A stretch of 63,211 bases of DNA, counting the filler, from Octopus bimaculoides (taxonomy: Eukaryota): the NCBI RefSeq assembly GCF_001194135.2. It is 6 parts of 6 records of this genome, joined end to end, with 100 filler letters (N's around TTAATTAATTAA, not from the genome) between each part and the next. Parts side by side here need not be neighbours in the genome. Positions count along the whole stretch, not along the records: positions 1 to 13,560 come from NC_068992.1; positions 13,661 to 35,051 come from NC_068988.1; 4 more parts are not named here. One strand, given 5' to 3'. Position numbers and translations under genes: made by a program. This document shows positions 12,631 to 25,008 of the stretch, piece by piece; position 1 is the stretch's first letter, and every line of letters begins with the position of its first letter. The notes under the pieces were generated by a model that saw only the letters and a program-made list of their open reading frames with translations, had not been told where the DNA came from and searched no databases.

Positions 12631-12907
12631 TAAGTGCATATCCCCTATTTTAGGATGTGTGAGCTTACTGTAAACAAAGTTTCACGAATGATGTCATTCT
12701 TGTGCAGGCTACTGCAACAGGGTAACTACCATACTTGGAAACAGATGGCAAGAAGGTCGTTTAGCTATGGAAAATTTTACCTCAACAAAACCTTGTCTTG
12801 ACCATGCAAGCATGGGAAGCTGATGTTAAAATGATGAAGATGGTATAATATACATACATATATATAAGCATACATATATATATAATATACATATATATAT
12901 ATAAACA

Positions 12908-13017
<110 letters not shown>

Positions 13018-13211
13018 TGTGTATCAACACATATAATCACATATACACATTTCAATAGTATTTTCTACATTAATCTTTAAAAATGTATATATATATATAT
13101 ATATGTATATACATTGGTATTTAATTATATTTCAGAATGCATAAATATTTAAGCAGACATCTCTCTCTCCCTTCCACTCCCTCTCTCATCCGTCCCACTC
13201 TATCCTCTCTG

Positions 13212-13248
<37 letters not shown>

Positions 13249-13528
13249 TAATAAAGAGCACATATTTCAATATAGTAATTTCTATTTTATAACTGAGCTG
13301 AATATATTTTTGTGTTTTATTGTATTTTATTCTTTTGATTATTTGTTTTGTTTGTAGCCCACTTTCAGTAATATCTCCTCCATATTTTCGGTTATTACCC
13401 TACAATCAAAACTATTAAATTACTGGCAGAAAAATGGGTAAGGAAGACGTATACCTTTTGATCTATCTATCTATCGATATATGTATGTCTCTGCGTGTCT
13501 GTGTGCATAAATATGTATGTACATGTAT

Positions 13529-13560
<32 letters not shown>

Positions 13561-13693
13561 NNNNNNNNNNNNNNNNNNNNNNNNNNNNNNNNNNNNNNNN
13601 NNNNTTAATTAATTAANNNNNNNNNNNNNNNNNNNNNNNNNNNNNNNNNNNNNNNNNNNNTATGTATGTGGCCAGTTTATGGTATTTTTCATC

Positions 13694-13727
<34 letters not shown>

Positions 13728-13767
13728 GTTGGCGGTGTCCTAGCATGACCGCAGCCTCAAGGCTGAA

Positions 13768-13807
<40 letters not shown>

Positions 13808-13808
<1 letters not shown>

Positions 13809-13922
13809 GGGTTTCTTTCACTTTCCAGCTACCAAAATCCACTCAGAGTCCTGCTGTGCATTGTGACTGAGCTCAGGAGCACATAGCTTGGAAGAGTGCT
13901 ACTTAACTACACTGCCACGCCT
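13808..13922 (-). mobile_element. SINE family A, decayed and internally deleted
   Basis: TTTCTTTCACTTTCCAGCTACCAAAATCCACTCA...CTACTTAACTACACTGCCACGCCT. Confidence 0.55.
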
Positions 13923-14292
13923 AAAGAACTACGTCTGGATGGCCATGGTAGACCAGGACAGAGCTGAGGATGCCAAGGAGATTAAAAGAAGGAAAAAAAT
14001 TATTTTTTTCAGTGTACTTTTAATGATGTATCCCTAAGTGGTCAATACACGTGCTGGAAATAACAGTCAGATCTCGATTAAATCATACACTGACAAGTAG
14101 GATGTCTTACATAAGGAAATAAAATGAGATTATGGAGGTATTGAATCATAGTCCTGCAAGGCTGTGATTGACCTACGGCTAAAATAGTACTTAGCGTCTA
14201 CAACAGCAAGAAGAGGAACATGGAGAAAAGCCAACTGTGTTTTAGAGGGCTTCGTCGTTTTGGAGAGAGGAACTTGTAGTGTGTCCGGTGCA

Positions 14293-14788
14293 CACACAGA
14301 TACACACACATAGATATGCATACACACACATATGCACACACATACACACGCGCGCTCATGCACACATACATACATAGATACATACACACATACGCACACA
14401 CACACACGCACAGGCATGCACACGCATACACTCAAATAGATACACACACATACGTGCGCACACACACGCACGCCATTACACATACAGACACACAGTCACA
14501 CAGACACACAGTCACACAGACACACACACGCCATAACACACACAGACACATGTACAGACTCATTCACGCGTGTGCACACACACACACACATACATATATG
14601 TACAAATACATACACATACAAATAGACACACGCACGCAGAGATGTAGACAGACACACAGACACACAGGCAAACACACAGACACACAGGCAAACACACAGA
14701 TACAAACCACACACGGACATATGTATGCATGCAGACATACAATGACACACACTCACACATACACACACATATATACACATACACACAC

Positions 14789-14822
<34 letters not shown>

Positions 14823-14826
14823 ACAC
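14293..14826. repeat. Complex CA-rich low-complexity tract
   Basis: Direct reading. Confidence 0.9.
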
Positions 14827-15165
14827 AGTGCGTGTAGTTCTCTAGCTGCGGTGGGGAGAGAGAGAAAGGGAGAGAAAGAGAGAGACAGACAGACAAATAG
14901 AGACGGAGAGCGGCGGGGAGAGAGAGAAGACGGGTAGACGCTGCGTATGAGAGGTTCATTTCCGAAGCGTGTTCATGTGTGTGTGTGTGTGCGTGCGCCT
15001 ATGTTTAAGTCAACACCAAGTTTTACGTTATTGTTGTTGTCAATGATGATGATGATGATGATGATGATGACATCAAGTTATTGTATTTTTATTTAATTAA
15101 AACTGATTGACTCCATCATGTAACACACATGCACACACGTACACACGTACATATATATAATATAT

Positions 15166-15204
<39 letters not shown>

Positions 15205-15841
15205 NNNNNNNNNNNNNNNNNNNNNNNNNNNNNNNNNNNNNNNNNNNNNNNNNNNNNNNNNNNNNNNNNNNNNNNNNNNNNNNNNNNNNNNNNNNNNNNN
15301 NNNNNNNNNNNNNNNNNNNNNNNNNNNNNNNNNNNNNNNNNNNNNNNNNNNNNNNNNNNNNNNNNNNNNNNNNNNNNNNNNNNNNNNNNNNNNNNNNNNN
15401 NNNNNNNNNNNNNNNNNNNNNNNNNNNNNNNNNNNNNNNNNNNNNNNNNNNNNNNNNNNNNNNNNNNNNNNNNNNNNNNNNNNNNNNNNNNNNNNNNNNN
15501 NNNNNNNNNNNNNNNNNNNNNNNNNNNNNNNNNNNNNNNNNNNNNNNNNNNNNNNNNNNNNNNNNNNNNNNNNNNNNNNNNNNNNNNNNNNNNNNNNNNN
15601 NNNNNNNNNNNNNNNNNNNNNNNNNNNNNNNNNNNNNNNNNNNNNNNNNNNNNNNNNNNNNNNNNNNNNNNNNNNNNNNNNNNNNNNNNNNNNNNNNNNN
15701 NNNNNNNNNNNNNNNNNNNNNNNNNNNNNNNNNNNNNNNNNNNNNNNNNNNNNNNNNNNNNNNNNNNNNNNNNNNNNNNNNNNNNNNNNNNNNNNNNNNN
15801 NNNNNNNNNNNNNNNNNNNNNNNNNNNNNNNNNNNNNNNNN

Positions 15842-15878
<37 letters not shown>

Positions 15879-15985
15879 AAACACACACAATTTCACGCAA
15901 GCAAGCGAGCGCACACACACATCCAGATGTAATCTTTCACGCAATCACACACACACACAGAGACACATAAAAACACCTAGCTGTG

Positions 15986-16038
15986 TGACGTAACAGAGAC
16001 TGGATGTTTTGATTGGTCAATATTTCTGCGGTGACTCA
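15986..16038. promoter_or_regulatory. Cluster of CRE-like, inverted CCAAT and AP-1 motifs
   Basis: TGACGTAA 15986, GATTGG 16011, TGACTCA 16032, all within 53 bp; motif match only. Confidence 0.2.
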
Positions 16039-16267
16039 CCTCTTTACTGATGTTGATGGAGATGACGGAGATGATGACGATGATGATGATGATGATGATA
16101 TTTATGAAAGCCGCGATAAGGGTGGTGGCGGTGGGGATGGCGAAACTGAGGGAGGCATGAAGATTAGTTCCCTTAAAAATACTGGGAAACGGCGAGGATT
16201 CGCAAAAAGAAATGGAGTTTCGCTGGCTATTACACAATCTCCTACTCCGTTCTCACTGAGGATATAC

Positions 16268-16469
16268 GCGCGTGTGTGTGTGTGTGTGTGTGCGTGCGTG
16301 CGTGTGTGTACATGTGTGTTTGTGTGTGCGTCTGTATGTGTGTCTGCATATGTATGTGTGTGTGTGTGCATGTGTGGGCATGTGCGTGCGCACATCTGTA
16401 AAGACACGTGCAGATGTGGTCCCTCACCGTCTTGGTTTTGAGAAGCAGGCAAATTGTACGCAATACATG

Positions 16470-16507
<38 letters not shown>

Positions 16508-16524
16508 AACATGCATTTATATAC

Positions 16525-16571
<47 letters not shown>

Positions 16572-16709
16572 CATATATATCTTATATAAAAGACGCAAAT
16601 GTATGTGTATATATATGTGTGTGTATAAATACATACATATATATATATACACGCGCACACACTCCTATCTATTTATCCATCTATCTATCTATCTATGTAT
16701 ATATATACA

Positions 16710-16743
<34 letters not shown>

Positions 16744-16940
16744 CACACATATACATACACACACACATGTATATATGTATACGCATACATACACAGACAT
16801 TCAACAATATATGTATATGTAAGTGTATGTACACATACATGTATATTATATATATATACACACACACACACGCACACACACACACATAAAAGCTTATGTG
16901 TGTGTGTGTACATATACAGATATAGATACATGCGTACATG
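16268..16940. repeat. Compound TG/TA/TATG/CTAT/CA microsatellite block
   Basis: Direct reading. Confidence 0.9.
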
Positions 16941-17971
16941 TATCTAATATAGCTGTCTGTAAGGAAGTATTATCTCCGGACGAATGCCGCAGTTAATTTG
17001 TCTTTTCATGTTGTATGTGCGTTATATGTGATACACACTTGACTGTTTTCATCTAATCCTCTTTCTCATACATTTAACAGATTAATATTCAGCTGGGCGG
17101 CTAATTGCAACACCGGCAATTTTTCAATCAGTTTTTCTACATCAGTTACGACGGATTTTGTCGTAGACTTCGCTTGACAGCAAATACATATCCCTGACAG
17201 AGCTCAACGAGGCTGAAATACGCATCTAGAATTCTTACACATCTCTCTCTCTATATATATATGTATGTATGTATGTAGTCACAATACAGACATTTAGACC
17301 TCTTATAGGGATATTTTTATCCCCGATACTCTGGTTTAATATATTATATTTTGAAGAGATATCTCTTCAATGAATTTATCATAGAAAATATCGTAAAATA
17401 TCAAAGATTATTATCGAGCTAGAAAACAAAGAGATCTAATGGATACAAATTAATTTATTAATTAATCAACTTACTCTTCTACATCTGTTTTATTTCGCAA
17501 ACAAAATTAAAATTACAAAACATATATAAATATACAATTTTTCATTTTAAATACCTTGGATGGAAAATTATCAAGGTGTACAAAGGACTCTACAAGGATT
17601 ACATTAGGATACGTTTAGAACACTCAGAATATACAGACATCTTTATTATGTGTACACCCTGATGAGATTCCATCCAATGTATTCAAAATGAAAGATTATA
17701 TATTCATATATGTTTTTTAATTTTAATTTTGCTAGTTAAATGAAACAATTGTAGGTGAGATGTTAATTAATTACTAAATTAATTTGTATCCTTTAGATCT
17801 CTCTGTTTTCTAACTCATTAATACGTGTGTGTGTGTGTACCATGAAGGTCATTAGCTTATAGTTATTTTTACTACAAGATGCAATACAATCATACTTGCA
17901 TGCTTGTGTATCTCTTTATAGCTTCGTCGGAGCTTCAAGCGTGAAATGCAGTTTTATTTGGGAAAGCATTT

Positions 17972-18085
<114 letters not shown>

Positions 18086-18345
18086 GCGTAGGATATGGGC
18101 AGTTTCCATGCGTACTATCTTTTGAATTTCTGCCATTTTAGGGTTTCCTGGTATCTGAGCTAGGTAGCAATCAGCTCCTTTTACTATTATTAATAGGGCA
18201 CCTACGGCAACATGTATTGTTTTAGTCTTCAAGTTTCATATTTTGCTAATTTCTATTTCAAGATCTTTATACTTTCTCAGTTTTTCATAGGTCTTAATAG
18301 ATACATTTACATTGATTGGGACAGTCATGTCAATGAGGAGGCATG

Positions 18346-18418
<73 letters not shown>

Positions 18419-18443
18419 TGTTGTTCTTGTTCTTGTTCATGTT

Positions 18444-18519
<76 letters not shown>

Positions 18520-18522
18520 GTA

Positions 18523-18574
<52 letters not shown>

Positions 18575-18585
18575 CATTATTATTA
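18346..18585. repeat. Compound (ATT)n(GTT)n(AAT)n(ATT)n trinucleotide array
   Basis: Direct reading. Confidence 0.95.
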
Positions 18586-18808
18586 AGGTTGTGAGCTGGT
18601 AGAATCATTAGCACACCCGACAAAATACTTAGTGGCATTTCGTCCGTCCGCCCGTCCGTACGTTCTGAGTTCAAATGCCTCCGAGGTCGACTTTACCTTT
18701 CATTCTTTCGGAGTTGGTAAAATAAGTACCAGTTGTACACTGGGGTCGATGTAAGTGACTTACGCATACCCTCAAAATTTCAGGCTATGAGCCAAAATTT
18801 GGAACTAT
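18586..18808 (+). mobile_element. SINE family B (tRNA-like head)
   Basis: GAGCTGGTAGAATC A-box-like; GTTCTGAGTTCAAAT B-box-like; body GAGGTCGACTTT.CCTTTCAT...AAGTACCAGTT is shared with 33345-33563. Confidence 0.8.
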
Positions 18809-19519
18809 CATCATCGTCAATATTATCAACACTGTTGTTGTTCTTGTTGTTGCTGTGACATTAGTTGTGGTGGTGGTGGTGGTGGTAGTGGTAGTGGTGG
18901 TGGTGGTGGTTCTCTCTCTCACTCAGAGAGAGTTGGAGTTGGGAATTATGTCGATTACCGCATGGAGCGACATCCCAACGCAGACAACCTACATCACCAT
19001 TAACGACCACAAAACAAACTTTCAATCTCACTCAAGAATCAAGGTTCACAGCACCCCCACCTCCAAGAACGAATCAAGCTTGGCTAGTGAAAGAGTACTG
19101 AACACCATTAATCTTAAAATTAGAAACGCCACTTGATTGGCTCTCTGGAGTTCCGGTGTTGTTATAATTTAGCGTTTCAAGAGTATAGGAGATAAAACAC
19201 TAGATTGTTCCTAATATATCATAGAGTGCTGCCCATCTCTAACAAAATGAAGAACAAGAAAAAGAAGAAGAAGAAGAAGAACAACAACGACGGCAGGAAG
19301 AACAACATCTGCTACAAAGTCTAGAAGAAAAATTGGTTTGCATTATCGGCAAACGACAAATAAAATTCGAATATGTTTCCCTCGAAGGGAGATATTTCAC
19401 AATAAATTGCTTCTCTCTCGTCGCTAAATTTGCTACAATGCAGTAAAACAATATAAAGCTATTCACAGTCAAACGAACGTAAATAAATTTCCTCCCAAGT
19501 GGTCGAGTTTGGTTCAGTC

Positions 19520-19557
<38 letters not shown>

Positions 19558-19616
19558 TGATGATGATGATGATGATGATGATAATAATGATAATAATAAT
19601 AATAATAATAATAATA

Positions 19617-19744
19617 GGTGCAGGAGTGGCTGTGTGGTAAGTAGCTTGCTTACCAACCACATGGTCCTGGGTTCAGTCCCACTGCGTGGCACCTTGGGCA
19701 AGTGTCTTCTACTATAGCCTCGGGCCGACCCAAAGCCATGTGAG
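19617..19744 (+). mobile_element. SINE family A (tRNA-derived, 3'-truncated)
   Basis: A-box TGGCTGTGTGG, B-box GGTTCAGTCCC, CORE-like ACCTTGGGCAAGT; at least 8 related copies in the window. Confidence 0.9.
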
Positions 19745-19811
19745 TTTTAAAACACAGCGGTTATAAGTGTAATAAAAAAAATGTATATAATATTATTCAT
19801 CCTCGCATACA

Positions 19812-20182
19812 TGCTTGCTTGCTTGCTTCATATTCTTAGTTGATGAGGCTGAGGTCATCCCATGTTAATGGCCCCAGAGACGTCATCATGCGTAGAGCCA
19901 GCGAGATCCACCAGTGTTCCCCATCGCTGGCGCACCCGTGCCAGCACCCTCTGTATCCTCCAAGGGTGACGTCAGGCCTCTGGAGATCTTCCTTAATCAC
20001 GAGCAGCTATCTGATGCGGACCCTGCTACGAGGCTTCTTCCAGTCCTCAGTTGCGACATTGAATGAGAGTAAAGCCCTGGTAGGATGATTTAGTGAGAGA
20101 CGCAGGACATGTCCGTACCAGCGCATGCGACGAAGAGCTATGAGCTAGGGAGGCTGCGGACTGATGCATGCGCGCACGCAGG
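19812..20182 (-). mobile_element. RTE-clade LINE 3' end with (AAGC)n tail
   Basis: Minus strand: IALRRMRWYGHVLRL..HPTRALLSF...WKKPRSR.RIR*L.VIKEDL, then VLAR.RQRW..LVDLAGSTH; short tandem tail at 19813-19829. Confidence 0.85.
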
Positions 20183-20199
20183 TCTTTGTTGGAAACGTG

Positions 20200-21190
20200 A
20201 TGGTACCAATATTTACTCTTCTATAAGAGCAGCATCTTCTTTTCGCCTGTTAATCAGTGCGGTATCACAGTTTTGCTTCTCTGCTGCTCAGACTTTACTC
20301 CAAAACGCAAGTATTTCTTGCTCTGAGGGCTTTTCTATTTTAATTGTACTCATTCCAATATGTCTATAGAATTTCTTTGAATTATTTTTGAACGTATTAT
20401 CTTTGAAGAAACTGGATCCTTTTTCAAAGTGGCGAATGCACGCAGCTTCGGCTGGCACTGTTTAGTTTTATCTTCTCCATTACTTCAGCAAATAGATGTT
20501 CTGACTCCAGTTCATAGTTTCTCTTTATCTTTCTTTTCTTAAATAGTTTTATATTACGATTATTACCGAAGTTTTTCCGTATTTCAGTATCAGATCGGAG
20601 AGCGTCGTTTTGTTTCTTGTTTTTATTTTTCTTGCCGCGTTGATCTTTTACGCCACACATTTAGGTGCACAACAGGAGCAGCGGCATAGAATAACTCATT
20701 CAAAGACGTTATATCCGGTTCAGTTTGGTTTATTATAATCTTAACGGCCATATTCACCTAACAAATTCTTTTGTCATTTTTAAAAATTACTATTGCGTAT
20801 GTTAGGAAGGTCACTACGTTCCTTCATGTCCATATTTTGGACTTTGATCCATTCAGCAAATTTTTGTTCCTCAAGTTCTGTCACTGCACTCGTCCTGATA
20901 TCAACATTATTTATTTCCGTTCAATTGTTTATAATTTCATTAACATGTTCCTTTCCAATGGTTCGATCTCAGGAGAGCATATTCATGTCTTTTCTTATTG
21001 TGAGTGTCGTGTTATTTATGAACGCTTTTTACTACTTTCACACTGACATCATAAATTTTGTGTTAATTTCTGAGTTGTATTCACTGGGTTCTTTCTCAAA
21101 TCTGATTGTATATTTGTTTTCTTTTTTCTTTTTTTTTCTTTTTTTTTTTTTGCCAATTCCAATGTCAATCAACACTTCCGTTTTATAACA
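20200..21190 (-). mobile_element. R4/Dong-like (RLE-type) non-LTR retrotransposon, pre-RT region fragment
   Basis: Frameshifted translation WIKVQNMDMKERSDLP...DITSLNELFYAAA...IRHFEKGSSFFKDNTFKNNSKKFYRHIG...PSEQEILAFWSKV resembles the R4-clade IRR+EKR..F++ N..F..+ KKFYR..G / E+..FW motif. Confidence 0.65.
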
Positions 21191-21359
21191 TTTCTACCTT
21201 TATTGGCAGATTTATTACTGCTTATCTTTCGTCTAATGTTGCCCCAAATTCGGTATGTTTGCTCAATATTTGAAACTTCTAATGGATAATACATAGAAGT
21301 TTAATAAGTAACAAACAGTCTGTCCAGGACTATTTATGTCACTTGATATCATTGGTACC

Positions 21360-21602
21360 TGTTGATGTTGGACACCAAAGGCCTTGTCTGTTTGGAAGTC
21401 AAAGTCCCAGAGGATCTTTGCCTTCCCCTTTTCGTCCATTGCCTTTTCCAGTGTATGTTGGTACCAAGCACCTGTTACCTCGTATCCATACTTCCGGCAT
21501 AGAAGCCAATGAAGGTTTGGGACAAACTTGTCGTGTCTGCGCTTGTACTCTTTCTGCATAAGACTTTTCGCAAGCACTAACAATCTGAGTCACGCTTTCG
21601 AC

Positions 21603-21605
<3 letters not shown>
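21360..21605 (-). mobile_element. R4/Dong-like LINE C-terminal fragment (CCHC/RHD region leading to the RLE nuclease)
   Basis: ESVTQIVSAC-(frameshift)-LMQKEYKRRHD...LHWLLCRKYG...WYQH...KILWDFDFQTDK. Confidence 0.85.
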
Positions 21606-21646
<41 letters not shown>

Positions 21647-22175
21647 CAGCAATACACTAAACACAGACGACACTAAGTTACTCTGTAAGACAATTTCCAG
21701 GTGAATGCAAAAGGAAGAAGTAAGAAAAAAAAATGCTCCAAATGAGGTCATACGAAGAAAATTCTTTATCGAAAATAAAGTAGAAAGTCGAACTGGAGCT
21801 AACATTAGCGATCGCTTGCGTNNNNNNNNNNNNNNNNNNNNNNNNNNNNNNNNNNNNNNNNNNNNNNNNNNNNNNNNNNNNNNNNNNNNNNNNNNNNNNN
21901 NNNNNNNNNNNNNNNNNNNNNNNNNNNNNNNNNNNNNNNNNNNNNNNNNNNNNNNNNNNNNNNNNNNNNNNNNNNNNNNNNNNNNNNNNNNNNNNNNNNN
22001 NNNNNNNNNNNNNNNNNNNNNNNNNNNNNNNNNNNNNNNNNNNNNNNNNNNNNNNNNNNNNNNNNNNNNNNNNNNNNNNNNNNNNNNNNNNNNNNNNNNN
22101 NNNNNNNNNNNNNNNNNNNNNNNNNNNNNNNNNNNNNNNNNNNNNNNNNNNNNNNNNNNNNNNNNNNNNNNNNNN

Positions 22176-22249
<74 letters not shown>

Positions 22250-22321
22250 CATACATATGTATGTATATATATATATATGCATACAGATATATATAAGTGT
22301 GTATATATATGCATACATACA

Positions 22322-22371
<50 letters not shown>

Positions 22372-23119
22372 CATATATACGTACATACATGTACATATAC
22401 ATATGATATGCCCCGGTCTTAGAACCGATACAACCACAATATGCATATACGTGTATACATGTTTGTATGTATGCATGTATGTATATAGATATATATGTGT
22501 ATATACATACGTACACACTCACGTATATATACATATATATATATACATATGCATATACGTATACATATATATATTTGACATATATACACAATCTTTCTCT
22601 CTGTCTCTCTCTCTCTCCATTTGTGCCTCCCCCTCTCTTTCACATTCTCTTCCATTCCTACACTGCACATATAAAAAACATTTCTAATGTTCGTAAATGC
22701 AAATATCCCGTCCCGTTTTGGCGTCACCACGGCTGCCTGTCGAGTTTATGTCTGATATGCATTTTGTAGGAGACTGAAAATTTGTTAAATCTGCTCTGGG
22801 ACGATGCTTTATGCTGCAGCAAGTTTAACAACTCTCTTATTCCTACACTCTATCTCTATCTCTCTTTGTCTCTTTTTCTCTTTCTCTGTCTCTCTGTCTG
22901 TCTCTCTCCTCTTCTTTCTCCCTGTCGTGTCTCGATCTCTGCGTATCAGTTTTCTTTCAATCGATTTATAAACGGAATTAAGAAAAACAACCAAAATCTA
23001 TAGCGAATGATGACGAATTGCATCCAGTCTCTCTCCTCTACCTTTCTACATGAATGACACTTGCAAGCCATTAATCTTTGAAGATGTCTGCCATCTTACC
23101 TCGTTCTTCGTTCCTCGTC

Positions 23120-23263
23120 CTTCTTCTTCTTCTTCTTCTTCTTCTTCTTCTTCTTCTTCTTCTTCTTCTTCTTCTTCTCCTTCTTCTTCTTCTTCTTCTT
23201 CTTCTTCTTCTTCTTCTTCTTCTTCTATTACCACAGCCAACGCCACCGCCCTCGGCACCACCA

Positions 23264-23299
<36 letters not shown>

Positions 23300-23323
23300 T
23301 TACTTCTACTACTACTACTACTT

Positions 23324-23363
<40 letters not shown>

Positions 23364-23505
23364 GTTTTGTCTGCCATTATCGTCGTCATTGCCACCGCCA
23401 TCATCATCATCATCATCATCATCACATCCACCACCACCACCACCACCACAGCCATCACCACCGCCATCATCATCATCATCACCATCATCATCATCGTCGT
23501 CGTCG
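23120..23505. repeat. Serial trinucleotide array (CTT)n-(ACT)n-(CAT)n-(CAC)n
   Basis: Direct reading. Confidence 0.95.
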
Positions 23506-23633
23506 GTCTCGTCATTTGCCTTTTGTTTCAATAGTACATTTCCCAAATAATGTGCAGACATATTTCAGTTCAGCGTTATCACCCCTCCCCCTTCCCCTCA
23601 CAGCATCTCTATCCAAAGATCTCTCTCTCTCTC

Positions 23634-23703
<70 letters not shown>

Positions 23704-23920
23704 CCATTCGTTTATCTTTAAAACCGCTCATAGTGTATTTTTTGTTTGTTTTATTCGTATCACTTGTTTGTAGTTTTTAGTGTTGTTGATTAGCTCTAAG
23801 TCAATCTGAAAGCCAACCGTGACCCTCCTGGCTTAACACACACACACACACATACGTGCACATACATAGAAGCGCACACATATACGTGCTCACACACACA
23901 CACACGGAATGCATGCATAT

Positions 23921-24008
23921 AGAAGACCCTTGCCCATGATGCCGTGCTCTGGGATTGAACCTGAAACTATGTGGTTACAAAGGTAACTCCTTTTATCACG
24001 TAGCCATG
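23921..24008 (-). mobile_element. SINE family A head fragment
   Basis: AGAAGACCCTTGCCCA.GATGCC...GGGATTGAACC. Confidence 0.65.
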
Positions 24009-24123
24009 ACAGCGCTTACAAACTTATTTGATGGAAACGTTCCAAACAATTTACCATATTCTAAAGAAGCATCCATACTTCACCTTCATACAAGTGGGCT
24101 GTGACAACAATTTCATTGTTATA

Positions 24124-24300
24124 GGTGCAGGTGTGGCTGTGTGGTAAGAAGCGCGCTTCCCAACCACATGGTTCCAGATTCAGTCCCACGACGTTGCACC
24201 TTAGGCAATTCGCTACTACTATAAATGATCTCAGGACGACCAAAACCTTGGGAATGGATTTGGTAGACGGAAACTGAAAGAAGTCCGCCTGATATATGTA
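24124..24300 (+). mobile_element. SINE family A
   Basis: Head plus body through GGTAGACGGAAACTGAAAGAAG. Confidence 0.9.
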
Positions 24301-24304
24301 TATA

Positions 24305-24470
24305 TATATATATTTTTCTAAATTTTCAGTATGTTGGAGAAGCAACTCAATGCTAATCCCTGTATCTTTATGATGATAAATGGTTTTACCGATAAAGGTT
24401 TTTTCATACTGAACTACTTGGCAAAATTGTTAATTATTAATTCTATTATTAATTGACGATTCCCTGCCCT
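24305..24470 (+). repeat. AT-rich interspersed repeat; related copies at 47995-48167 (-) and 48670-48830 (+)
   Basis: Shared CAGTATGT(T/G)G(G/T)GAAGCA...TCCCT...TTACCGA...CATAC..GA...GG(C/T)AAAATT.TTAATTATTAAT...TTGA(C/T)(G/A)AT.C. Confidence 0.75.
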
Positions 24471-24869
24471 TATTCTTGTATATTTTATATATATATATAT
24501 ATATCAACTTGTTTCGCGTTGGCAAAAGTGTGTTGATTCTGATGGTGTTTATTTCGATTGATAAAGTTTTATTTGATCCGAGATATGTGCATCTGAATTT
24601 AAAGATTAAAAACCGCAAGAACTTTCTTGACAACCTAATAGCTCATCAGATCATCAGAGCATCATGGGTACTCCAGCAATTCAGCTTTAAGTATACAAAA
24701 TTTTCTGAAACAAGTAAAAGATAGAAAGACAAAAGATAGCGTGGGAATATTTCAAAGATGACAGAAATGATTACCTGGTTTAACATGTTGATCGGGAATT
24801 TCAATTCGAAAAGAGGTGGATAAATAGTATGGCCACAGCCCTTGGGCTGAAACGCATAAAAGAGGATAA

Positions 24870-25008
24870 GGCGCAAGAGTGGCTGTGTGGTAAGTAGCTT
24901 GCTTACCAACTACGTGGTTTCGGGTTCATTCCCACTGCGTGGCACCTTGGGCAAGTGTCTTCTACTATAGCCTCGGGCCGACCAGAGCCTTGTGAATGGA
25001 CTTAGTAG
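24870..25008 (+). mobile_element. SINE family A (runs into an assembly gap)
   Basis: Near-consensus head and CORE-like segment. Confidence 0.9.

Noticed and set aside
12782-12820. Apparent 39-nt minus-strand exon (AG...GTAAAA)
   Set aside because: The sequence resembles the start of a common interspersed repeat (TTTTAAC.TC.GCTT.CCATGCT.GCATGG), so the splice-like signals are probably incidental.
13606-13617. TTAATTAATTAA flanked by ~45 N on each side, recurring at ~13606, 35097, 40126, 47478 and 58479
   Set aside because: Identical context each time; this is a six-frame-stop scaffolding linker inserted into gaps, not biology.
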